Below are positions 37,301 to 48,560 of a stretch of 64,000 nt of DNA, piece by piece. The position numbers were made by a program, and so were the translations under genes. Source of the DNA: Podarcis filfolensis. Lineage: Eukaryota. Within the stretch, counting starts at the first letter, position 1. Every line of letters begins with the position of its first letter. Where the stretch lies: NCBI GenBank assembly GCA_964270895.1, contig OZ185440.1; one strand, written 5' to 3'. Below the pieces are notes generated by a model, which saw only the letters and a list, made by a program, of their open reading frames with translations, had not been told where the DNA came from and did not search any database.

Positions 37301-39428
37301 TATTCAGGCACAGTGCTCTCTCGCTCTCGCTCTCGCTCTCTCGCTCTGATTGCTAACCTTGAAAAGTCTTGATGTTAACCTCACTTGGTCTCATTCCTTT
37401 TCTTCTACCTCTTTTTAAAAAGAGTTCTGACTCTTACTTTTATCACTAAGTGTCTCCATTCTTCCGGTAGCACTGGAGTTACAAGTATCTTTGAAAATTT
37501 CTTTAATGATTTGTAACTTTATACTCTGAGATTTCATGCACTTATTCCATGTTTTTTAATATGAGCAAGAAAAATAGACCTGGTAACTTATTATTCATAT
37601 TCCTCTGAATGGGGGATTGGGAAATGAAGCTTTATTTGAGGCCTCTCCTAGAGGCAGTGCTAAGAAATGGGGAATGCACATTCATTTTTCCCAGAGACTA
37701 ATTACTCGGTGTCTACTCTCCCTCTCTGTCTGTATCACAGGACCTCGGAGTCCCCAAGTCTGCCCTCAAGTTAAGCCCATGCGATCTTTCATTTCAAAAT
37801 AGCATCTAAATAATTTGCTTAGACTAAAATAATAATATGTGGAGTAATTATTGGAGGGGATTAATAAAGAATTAAAATGCCTTGGTACCATGTGTCATAT
37901 TTTATCCTACTAGATCTGGCACGTTTTTAGTAATTGACTGCATAAGGGCATATGCAAACTGAAGCCATACAAAGTGATGTTTCCTATAATTTCCTACCCC
38001 ATATGTGTATCAGAATCAGTAGCTGAGGCACGTAGCTGTTTAATAGCTACCCCAAATAGTGGATAATAACCCAATAACTGGTAGCTTAAACCATGTGTTC
38101 TATTTGGTAGTTGGACTGGATAAAACTGCAACAAAATAATAATGTCCTAAATGGTATTGTAAAGGGAAACTTGGTTGCAGAGTAGCTGGATAGAATCAGG
38201 TCCTTATGAAAGAGCTATAATTTAACTGAGATCTAAAGCCCCCTCAAAAATTCACAATAGAGAGCTGATATTTCCTAGGTTCTTATTCAAGCCTCTTTAG
38301 AAAATGGGGAGATGATAGAACCTACCCTTCATTCATTTCATTTATTTCCATACACATAGTCAAGGGTTGCTTTTGACAGTGGCAACACAGATGAAACCAA
38401 GGATTCTGAGCCATAGCAAATATAAATTTATGAATTGTTTACAAATCAAAGCATCCAAGGACTACAACAGCAGCACCACAGCACGTATTTAAGAAATCTA
38501 GGGGATTTCAATGGGGAAAAGGATCTTATCAGAAAGGGAACGGTAGTACACAGCGAGTTTGTATCAAGCGACACAGCGGAACACACACACGGTTCTGAAA
38601 GAAGACAACAGAACAATAGAGGTACACGTACAGAGAGATGAAAAAGAAAGTCATTGAGTTTGCAATCCTATCTATGCTTACCTGGAAATAAGTTCCATTG
38701 AACTCAACGGGAGAGGCCTAGAATTGCCTTCTTAGAAAATGAAATAACAGGGGGAAAGGCAGAAAATGTCATGATGATATGGGCTTAGAGAGCATAAAGC
38801 CAGGGAATTATTAAAACCATGCAGTACGTGGGTACCAACATACTAAGCTGACTAAAACAATGCTCAAGAAAAGATAACTGAGAACAACAATAAAATAGTC
38901 AGGAAAGCATGAAGAAAACATGCAAACAATATATATGTGTGCTATAACATACACAATGTTTTTTCTCACTCTGGGGATTGCAGCTCTTTAACACAAGGGC
39001 CTTTTGTGGAAAAATCTGAAATCCCATCATGTTTATGTATATATATGTGGCACCTTTATTGCTAGGGCTGAACATGGTTTAAAGGAAATGCTTCAGCCAG
39101 TTTTACAACATCAGCAGAGCAGCAGCAAAATGTGCAAGAGCCTGATGACAGAAGTGGAAGAAGACAAAGACACGGGCTGTTGAGAGGGGCATTCCAGATG
39201 ATCCGTTACTGAGCATTCATCCTGGTTTGTTTTCAGGGAGATTGGAGAATGTTGGCTATTTAATTACCATTCATCCTGATTTGTTTGTGGGGAGGATAGA
39301 TGACTGTTGCATAAAAGCAAGGAATAACTCACACTTCTCAGTGCATTGCCCCATCTCAAAATCTCTTCCGCAGAAGGGGGTTTAACTTTCCCAATCAACT
39401 GCAATTCTGCAACTGGAATTTGCTAATA

Positions 39429-39659
39429 CAGTGGTACCTCGGGTTAAGAACTTAATTTGTTCTGGAGGTCCATTCTTAACCTGAAACTGTTCTTAACCTG
39501 AAGCACCACTTTAGCTAATGGGGACTCCCGCTGCCACTGCATGATTTCTGTTCTCATCCTGAAGCAAAGTTCTTAACCCGAGGTACTATTTCTGGGTTAG
39601 TGGAGTCTGTAACCTGAAGCATCTTTAACCTGAAGGGTCTGTAACGCGAGGTACCACTG
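39429..39659 (+). mobile_element. Tc1/mariner-type MITE, copy 3
   Basis: CAGTGGTACCTCGGGTTAAG...GAGGTACCACTG with TA at 39427-39428 and 39660-39661. Confidence 0.93.
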
Positions 39660-39827
39660 TATGTGACTTTGAATCCCACCTAAAGAATAGCAACACCTGT
39701 GTTGCAGCCATTCTTGGTCACCTTTTGAAGAACACGGCACAAGGCAGGACCACCCATTATGCCCTCTTAAGAGATGAACGGTACTGTAGGGATGTTTATG
39801 TGATAAAACAGCAAGATTGTGAAAGGA

Positions 39828-39990
39828 GGAGCCCCCCAGTGGTGCAATGTGTAATGCCTCGGGCTGTTAACCAGAAGGTTGCTGATTCAAGCCCACTCAG
39901 GGGCAGCTGTGGACAGCATTCCTGCAATGCAGAAGGTTGGACTATATGACCGTCAGAGTCCCTTCCAACTCTACAATTCTACGATTCTAT
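39828..39990 (+). mobile_element. SINE with tRNA-derived head and CR1-like tail
   Basis: GTGGTGCAATG...GCTGATTCAAGCCC head (A/B-box-like), then ATTCCTGCAATGCAGAAGGTTGGACTATATGACC...CCTTCCAACTCTACAATTCTACGATTCTAT tail shared with CR1. Confidence 0.8.
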
Positions 39991-41809
39991 TACTTTACTG
40001 TTTGGTTATGCAACCTTAATGTGAAAGCATATCTTCTGTATTGATGGGCGTGCCTGCTTCAGCTTGATAGGATAGTGGGGAATAAGCAAAACTTTTCCAG
40101 GACAATTTAGCATATTGCCAGAATAGGCACTCCTGATTTCCACTTCTTTATTCCAATTGCACTTCAAAGTGTTCTGCATGCTGGATGAGTCACCAGCTGT
40201 CATCTCGTAAAAGAAGCAAGATTTAAGAGAGAAAATAAACTGAAAACTGAAACAGTATATGAATTCTACTTCTAAGAAAACAATTACACATTTTGGAATC
40301 TCTCTGTGCATACACTGTACACCCTTAAAACTGTAACATCTCAACTGTTTGGAAGTAAGTCATATACATTTTTGTCTACCGCAGGGTTTATGAATGGAAT
40401 ATCAGCATAGTTTCAAATCAACAAGAAGAACATTCCAGATCTATTTCAAAAACTGCTTCTTCTTTGTATGGCCTACCACAAAAATTCTGGTATTGGGTAA
40501 CTGCAGCTATTCCATGATACAGAACATTTTAAACATACTGTTTCATATTGAAAGTGTGTGTTTGTGTTTTCAGAGTTTTCCTTAACTGAAGCCCCTGCAA
40601 TTTTAGTCAGAATTCACTGGAGTGTTTCAGAACACCAGAACAAGATTCTTCTTCCCTGGAATAGATCCCTATTTATTTTTAACAAAATCAATAGCCATCT
40701 GCAAGGAACATGAGAGTCAGGTGAGACTGAAAGCATCAACCTGTTATGGCTTTGGCCATCCTCATCTGGCAGAGTCTGGGGCTATTTGCCTCAATAACTA
40801 TCGGGCCAGCAGACACCTCCTCTGTTGGGACAAAGTGACCCTTTTATTTTGTCCAACTGTTACAGCATACTCTGCATATTAATCCACCCACCCCACCCCA
40901 CATTAATTGAAGTTAACTAAGATAATCATGCAAGCACAGTTCAATGTTTCCCATTCAGCAATCTGGGGGGAAAAGGCTTCAATTTCATAATTGGTCTGCA
41001 GTCGAGTACATTCCGCTCTCCATATCAAAAGGGAGTGAAGTATCCCTCTCTTGTAGCTATTCTTGAGTGTATAATGAAAGATCTCTAGCAGACGGTTGCT
41101 AGTTTTGTTGTGAAGGGACTACACATAAAATGGTTCCTTGAGTCTCAGATTTTCTCCTTTCCCCACACAATTCCTTTATAATGAACATCAGTGAGTCCCA
41201 GGCAAAATGCTAATTAGTTGCAAAGGAATGAGTTGGCGCCACATCTCTGGGATGCGATTTACTATCATCATCCATTGCTGGAAGACCCACAAGACGGGAT
41301 GGTGTAATACTACTGGCAACACCTTACAGGCTTGCCCTCCCCCCCTCCACTTCAGAAAAGCTGTCAAATTATTCCTTCCTTCCTTTGTAAGATTCTCCCT
41401 CGAGAGGGATTTCGTGCGCGTGACCCTAATTAAAATACTGCTTCTGAACGGCACTGTCAGAAGATGTGCAGGTCTCAATTATGGCATATATTTAGATTAA
41501 ATACTGTGATTCATAACTAAAAAGAAACAAAAATAGAACCACCCGATTCCTATTAATGGATGCAACACCGTTTATTGCTGCATCTTGCCTCAGCTCTTCA
41601 GTGTTAAATGTTCACAAGAATTCACTGACAATAGGATTCATTGCATTTAAGGGAATTGTCTGCTGAGAAAAGAATGTTTTCAAGCAAACAAGAAAAGCTG
41701 CTGGACACCTAGAATGAAGCAGTGAATTCCAGTATGTAGGGTGGTGTTGGGGCATTAAGACCAGAAGAGTTCAGCAGGGTGTTATTAAAAAGACACTTGC
41801 AGCTACGGT

Positions 41810-42232
41810 TAGGGGAGAAATTTGCTTCTGTTTACATTTAAAGGCAAATCTATCTAATTGGTACTTTCCAAAACAATACATAAACTGAAACACAGCCAGC
41901 CATCAAAATTCACACTTTTCTGAATTGTGCAGTGCAGTTCTGCAGCCAAACGATGTTTACAACAATGCATATACTAGGGTAAACTATGAATACAAATGCA
42001 TATCTTTGCGAAAAGAACACTGAATTGTATTATATTTGGGGGAAACTGCTTTACAAAAAAGTGTACATTGGATAAGATTGCATTAAAGCATGCCTATATT
42101 AGGAGAAATTCACTGCTGAATTTCCATGAGGGGGGAAAAACACAGATTGATGTGGAAATGTGGCGAACTGAACTGCAGATTCAAGTTTAGAAACCAAGAG
42201 AAGCAGAAATTGGTGGATCTGCCTATTCCTTA
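41810..42232 (-). mobile_element. TAGGG-terminated non-autonomous DNA-transposon-like element
   Basis: Reverse-complement homology to 4347-4724, for example GAAATGTGGCGAACTGAAC and GAAATTGGTGGATCTGCC. Confidence 0.6.
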
Positions 42233-43980
42233 CTTTCAGCCTAATATTACACATTGGGCTGTTGTGAATATGCATGAAAAACATTGTTGAATGTCTTGTG
42301 CATGTGTGCATGCACATGAACAAACAAACAAACAAATTCAATGGAAAACATACATTTTGAAGCTGTTTTCCAGGTCATCTAGTATTATCAGAGCTTTGGG
42401 CATCAAGGCCCTCACAGCAAAACATAAACATAAAGACCTACACTTATGATGCACTTTAAAATGTCATTGCTTAGTTCATTTCAATAGGGCGTTGTCACTT
42501 AAGAGGCAAGTACACTCTCTCAGGAGATTTGAAGATAACTGTGATTTTTAAAAAGCAACAACAATAAATGACTTACTATGTACGAGTCCTGTTATCGGGC
42601 TCTATGAAAAATGCTTCTGCAATGTAAATTCTCTTCCCTAGCAGATATTAAACCCCTTTAAAATTGCTCCCTAGACCCATTTTCAAATATGAACCACATC
42701 TGATCGAATGAGCTTAAACATCTGTAAGTATGAGTGTGCGATTGATCATCTGGATAGATGAAGTATGACTATTTCTAGACCATGGTACTTCTACATGTGT
42801 TCACTCCTAAATCTATTTCATCCCATTTTTGCATTAATCTGCATTTTAAAAAGAAGAAGAATCTACATAAAAATGGCATTGAAGTATATATTGGAACTCT
42901 TGAAGTTCTAAAACATTTATTTTTCCCCCAAAGTTGGCATTTCTAAACATATTTACTATTGCAATGCCCTTTAAAAAGTGCATTTTGATACCTTTTCAAA
43001 CCAAGAAGTTTTGGGAGGTTTCAGAAGAGCAAAATATGGGTGACAGCCAAGCTCTAACCCACACATTAATCTAGGAGACACAGATCAGGTCAGGTCATAT
43101 TTTGAAAAATTGAAAGACTGAACCTCTATGCATTCCTACATCAAGTCCAGCATTGTTCTTTAAAAGTGGCCCATCAGATTTTGCAGAGAAACTTACAAGC
43201 CTGGTACATTGAAAATAAGCTCCCAAAATGGCTTTCCTTCAGAGCCTGACATAGAGGTAATACCAAATATTCTGTGCTTGTGTAACTGTGTTTGGGATCT
43301 TTGCTTGGGATTCATAGTGTGTGTAACAGGTCTTTCTATCATCCAAAACATCTTTTGACAATAGCACAGTAGGAGACACCAACAGTTAAATTGTGCCTAT
43401 GTTCTGCTAAGATTTTACAATAGGATTACAACCTACAGGCAGAACACATCGGCTTGGCCCAGAGAGAATGCTTCCAATGTCAGTCAAAATAGCTGTGTGC
43501 ACTATTGCAGTTGCATATCTCGGTGCCACTGTGTCAGAACCCAAAACCCTTTGGATTAAAAAAAAAAAAGGAAACCTTGTATGTTCTTCATTCTGTTCTT
43601 CAGACAGCGGCATAACCAGTGGCTCCTGGGTGTAGCCCAGATGCTTGGCTGTCAACAGCAGCTGCTATATGCTGGTGCACAGAAAGTGTTTCCTTCAGTG
43701 AGATGCAACATGGCATGTGCTTCAGGTTACACTGTATCACATGAGACCACAGTCTGCTGAAATTCAAAGCCTCCAATGCTTTTGCAGCGTTTTGCAAATT
43801 TAAAGAAGTGGTGTCTTGTTTTTCCCTCAGAAGAAAAAGCAACTATTTATAACAACAACAACCTGCAAGCCAGGACACTTAGCATTTATGTGTCGATTAT
43901 TATGAGTATAAATTCTAATATAATATTGACTGGATTTAATCAGGCAACAGGAAAAGAACAATTTTATCATTTATTCATTC

Positions 43981-44192
43981 TTACATTTGTATCCTATGTC
44001 TCCTCCAAGGAGCTGAAGAGGGTGTATGTAGTTCTCCATTTTATCCTTGCAACAACAACCCTGTGAGGTAGAATAGGCCGAGAGGCTGTGACTGGCCCTA
44101 GGTCACCCAGTGAGCTTCATGGCCAAGTGGGGACTAGAACCCTGCTCTCCCAGGTGCAAGTCAAACACTCTAGCTGCTACACCACACCAGCT
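43981..44192 (-). mobile_element. MIR/Ther1-like (Squam3-like) SINE
   Basis: CTCCTCCAAGGAGCT...CAACAACCCTGTGAGGTAG...GTGACTGGCCCTAGGTCACCCAGTGAGCTTCATGGCC...CTACACCACACCAGCT. Confidence 0.85.
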
Positions 44193-44383
44193 CTTTGGTT
44201 TCTAGAATCTTCTTGCCTTTTCAGTCCCCTTTAAGAAGAAGGAGAAGAGTTTGGATTTGATATCCTGCTTTATCACTACCCTAGGGAGTCTCAAAGCGGC
44301 TAACATTCTCCTTTCCCTTCCTCCCCCACAACAAACACTCTGTGAGGTGAGTGGGGCTGAGAGACTTCAGAGAAGTGTGACTG

Positions 44384-44665
44384 TTCCTGAAGAAACCAGA
44401 GGCCTTTCTCCTGGGCATAGTCGGCCAGTTGGTGCCAAAGAAGGACAGAACTTTCTTTATGTATGCAACAACAGCAGCAAGAATACTTATTGCAAAGTAT
44501 TGGAAGACACAAGAGTTACCCACCCTGGAAGAGTGGCAGATGAAGGTGATGGATTATATGGAATTGGCGGAAATGACTGGCAGAATCCGAGACCTGGGAG
44601 AAGAGTTGGTGGAAGAGGACTGGAAGAAATTTAAAGGCTATTTAAAGTTTAAAGAAACACTGTAA
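44384..44665 (+). pseudogene. L1 ORF2 C-terminal remnant, frame uninterrupted
   Basis: FLKKPEAFLLGIVGQLVPKKDRTFFMYATTAARILIAKYWKTQELPTLEEWQMKVMDYMELAEMT...EEDWKKFKGYL resembles squamate L1 ORF2 C-termini. 5'-truncated, so non-functional. Confidence 0.8.
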
Positions 44666-45095
44666 AATTAATGAATGTTAAAATGATGTTGGATTGAAAA
44701 TAAGTGGCATTAGCAACAAAGTTAATAAGAATGTGCAAAAATGAATTGATAATGGATGAAAATATAGAGTTATAATATGTTAAGATATAGAGTTAAGATA
44801 AACGAAAGAGGGTAAGGATTTGCTGATTTGATTATTTAAATGGGAATACAAAAAGGGGAGGTGTGAGGAGGCCAAGGAAACAAGCTAATGAGTTTAAAGT
44901 TACAAAAAACGGACTTGTTTTTAATTCTTTTTTATCTATTTGTTTTTTGTATTTCGTATTTTTATTCTTCTTTTTTCTTTTTTATGTATTTTTGTATGCT
45001 CTCTTTTTTGTATCTTTTTCTTTCTATATGACTTTTTTCTATTTTGTAAACTTATGTTTTTGTAAAATCTCAATAAATATCTTTTTTTTAAAAAA
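44384..45095 (+). mobile_element. L1 LINE 3' fragment (712 bp) with 15-bp TSD
   Basis: TSD AGAGAAGTGTGACTG at 44369-44383 and 45096-45110. ORF2 C-terminus, AT-rich 3'UTR, AATAAA and a short A tail. Confidence 0.92.
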
Positions 45096-46293
45096 AGAGA
45101 AGTGTGACTGGCCCAAGGTCACCCAGCAGCTGCATGTGGAGGAGCGGAGACGCGAACCCAGTTCACCAGATGACGAGTCTACCGCTCTTAACCACTACAC
45201 CACACTGGCTCTCTTTAAAAGGCCATAAGGCAAATTCATATGCTACATTCAGGATCAGAGGCAACATCTCCCTAAATACTAGTCACTGAGGAACAACAGC
45301 AGCAGACTGCTATTACTCTCATGTCCTATTGGTGGGTTTGGCATAGGCATCTGGTTGGCCATTTTGGAAGACAGGACTAGAACTAGACAGAAGGATTCTT
45401 CCCAGGTTCTTATTACTGCCACCTTCCCCTGAAAGAGATAACACTGGACTATAATAAATAGGCTTGTGTTCACAGATGGATTTCTTATTTTCATTTTTCC
45501 ATCCTTTTCCAATTAATGTATATTCACAGATTAATTTTCAAGAAGACTTTTTTTTTTTTTTTGGAAAAATGTTCCTGACAACTCACCTAGTGCCATATGA
45601 AAATATGCTTCAAAATTAAAACATGCATCCTGTTTCGTTTTGCTTTTTTGTTCTTTGTCAATCTGCCGGTGGTAAGCCCCTTCATCATCCAAACTGTGAG
45701 CAAAATGTGCAACAGTTCCCTTTCTGTGTAATTTTATTTCCTCACATTTCACTTCTTCCAGCCAATTTAGTTCAGTTACCTGCCATCTGCTGTCTCCTCA
45801 CCTTATTTCTTGGCTATAATGTTAGCACAGTATGAGGTCTGCTGTATAAGTCTACTAGTGGTAAGTGGCTGTGGACTCTGCTATATACACCTCCAGAATC
45901 CAGAAATGCATACTGAGCAGTGCTTCTGAAAGGAGAACTGCCACAGCTCTGTCTGTAAAACCATGTTCTTACTGTCCCAAGACAAAGACTGATTTTGGTC
46001 ACTGAGGAGTGTTGCAAAATCACCCTAGACCTGGATAGGGGCCCTTTCCTTTATTTGAAATATTCCAGGGCTAGCACTTGATATTGGAAAAGATTCTGAG
46101 GCTAAGAATCTAATAGAACAAGTAGATGACAACGACGATGATGATGAAGAATGAATAAAACAAACATGCAGAAGCACCAACTTGTGACGGAGATTGAGAG
46201 GGCCTGATGTTGCGTCAGGTTGGAGGAGTTCAGAATGTGGTGGCATCACAGCTTCAATGGCTGGTAGATTGGATCCTCCCACCCGAGGGTCCA

Positions 46294-47025
46294 TGTTGCG
46301 CGCAGCCTCGGGACTCCCTCCAACCGGCCTGGAGGCGGGGCTTTGGCCCTGCAACCGGACAGTAATGCTGCAACCACACCAGGGGCCTTGGGCTAATCAG
46401 TGATGCTGGCATGATCACGAGGTAAGTATATATATGGCAGTGTGACGTGTGCGTGTCTCTTGCTTCGCGCTGCCAAACACCCGCCCACCCACCCATTGTT
46501 CGATCGGTGTCTGCCCTTGCTTTGGGCTTCGGTTGGTTGCCTATTTTGGAATGGGGGCCAGGTAGGAATTTTTTCCAATGTGGCAGATTGGCTGTGGCCA
46601 CTTGGTTTTTGCCTACCTCTTAGCAATCGTCACAACTTTTGTAAGGTTTGGCGGTTAGGCATTGGTTTAGGGGAATGTGGGGAGGGGAGGTGTGGCCATC
46701 ACCTGCCTCTCCATTTGATAGTGTATTCCGTTAAAGGAATCCGGGGGTCTGGATCTCATCCGAAGCCTGGGGAGGGGTTAGGGCCATGCCAGAACCCTCT
46801 GGAACCCCAGTCAATAGCCACTGTTGGAGCTCCCTCTGCTGGTAGTTTACCCTTTGCAGGCTTCCTGCTGGGTGGGCAGGAGCCAGTTATAGTCATTAGA
46901 TACCAATGCCTAAGCCAATACCAGCCACACTTGTGTATTCAATAAAGTTGTGACCTAAATTTGCCCATTCTGTGTCCATTGTGTCTTTATTCAATGGGGG
47001 CGGGTTTCGGGGCTTGACATGCAAC
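46294..47025 (+). mobile_element. Solo LTR-like element, copy C
   Basis: TGTTGCG...TGCAAC termini, flanks TCCA/TCCT (3/4), TATATA at 46427, AATAAA at 46941-46946, family blocks present. Confidence 0.8.
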
Positions 47026-47284
47026 TCCTTCTCCTTTTTCTCTTTCTGAAGGAGGAGAAGGAGCCCCCAGCCATTGAAGCTGCACTGGTGCCATGTTCCT
47101 GGCTCCTCCAACCTGACACGACTTTCTTAAAACATTGGGTGGTTTGCCCCCCAAACTAATATTGGGCCCCCCAAAAGGGTTCAGCCCCCAGGAGTTGGTG
47201 CCCCTGCAAACGTGTAACATGATTCTGGCTGTGATTCTCACACACAGTTACCTGGGAGTCAGTTCAATGGACTTACTGAGAGTC

Positions 47285-47500
47285 AGGGTGCTATGATGGT
47301 TAGAATGCCCAACCAGAACCTGGGAGACTAGAGTTCAAATCGCCACTCAGGCATGAAACTCACTCTGTGACTTTGGGCCAGCCATGTCCTCTCAGCCTAA
47401 CCTGCCTCACAGGGATGCTGTGAGGATAAAATGGGAAGGAGAACTATATAAGCCACCTTGAGCTGCTTGGAGGAAAAGTGGGGTACAAATGTAATTAATA
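47285..47500 (+). mobile_element. MIR/Ther1-like (Squam3-like) SINE
   Basis: GATGGTTAGAATG...GGGAGACTAGAGTTCAAATCGCCACTCAG head, CTCAGCCTAACCTGCCTCACAGGG core, GAGGAAAAGTGGGGTACAAATGTAATT tail. Confidence 0.88.
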
Positions 47501-48359
47501 ACAGAACTTTCTTCCATGTGGATATGTTTAGGCTTGCTCTGTCTCCTCTTAGAAATCAGAAGACGAGCATGCAGCCAGTAGAAAGGAAAGGAAGGGAAAG
47601 GAAAACAAAAAAGATGGCCCGGATTTTTGTTTGCTTTATTGAAAGAGAAGTTAAGTTTGTTCCAGACTAAGCAAGTTAAAGCGCTAATGAGGAAGAGGAG
47701 ACAAGAAGAAAAATGCTAGTTGCAGTTATACTGCTTCTTTAGCTTGGTCAACAACAGAAATTAATTGGATTTCCCCCACCCGCAGGCTCTCTATTTAACA
47801 TCCGCTAAACTGAAAAACAATGTTGATGTTGCAGTTTATTTGACAATTCTCCGAATCCCGTTTTTCGGTTACATAAAAAGATCTCGACAATTCAAATAAT
47901 TAGCACCAATGGTAGAAAGAGAATGCCGAGTGCCATTCCAATTCTCATCTTTTATTTGAGATTCCTGTTGGCACTGATCACAATGGGCAAAGTCACAAGG
48001 AAGCTACAAGCTATGAATTCAGAAATTAGTAAGGAAAACCTCAGCCCAACAAAAATTAATGATATTTTTTGTCAGAAATATTGCTTATACTGCAGATTGT
48101 GGTGTAGATAAGGTAGTTTAATCACCGACATAGGAAATTGCCTGAGTCAGTCTACAATGATCCAGCAGGTTGTTCTTACATTTGTTCTGTCCACTGTAGT
48201 GAACTGGCTTTTGTAAGTGAGGACCTGAGTATGTGCAACAAATCCTTGATTGAGCAGCAAATCATCAGATCAAGGAACATTTTTAGAATAGCTGCACTGG
48301 TTCCCAGTATGTTTTTTTATGGACCTATGGACCCCTAAATGATTTTGGTCTAGGTCCAG

Positions 48360-48560
48360 CTAAAGGGCCTCTTCCATATTATTTTCCCAAGGCCCAAGAT
48401 GGAGACATCCTCTTCATCGTAGGCTGATGGAAATATAGCTTGGGACATGTGACAGGGCCTTTTCTGTGGCTGCATCTCAGCTGTGGAATTCCTTTCTAGA
48501 GGAGGTAAGCTCCACCACTGGGTTCAACTAACCTCTTCTGGTTATATTTTCTGCCATCAA
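48360..48560 (+). mobile_element. Old L2-type LINE 3' fragment
   Basis: AGGGCCTTTTCTGTGGCTGCATCTCAGCTGTGGAATTCC resembles the conserved L2 ORF2-end block (RAFSVAAP.LWNSL). Confidence 0.5.

Larger units (their letters stand above)
44233..45212 (-). mobile_element. Young Squam3-like SINE (AAG-rich tail) split by an L1 insertion
   Basis: Left half 44233-44383 and right half 45096-45212 join seamlessly. Head AGAGCCAGTGTGGTGTAGTGGTTAAGAGCGG on the minus strand. CpGs retained. Possible CTTTAA TSD at 44229-44234 / 45213-45218. Confidence 0.9.

Noticed and set aside
37315-37347. (CTCTCG)n CpG-containing short repeat after LTR-like copy B
   Set aside because: An ordinary simple repeat; adjacency to the LTR is probably coincidental.
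46442-46945. 167-aa ORF, and similar ORFs at 36608-37143 and 56422-56902
   Set aside because: They lie within LTR-like non-coding repeats, are not conserved in frame between copies, and have no domain motifs.
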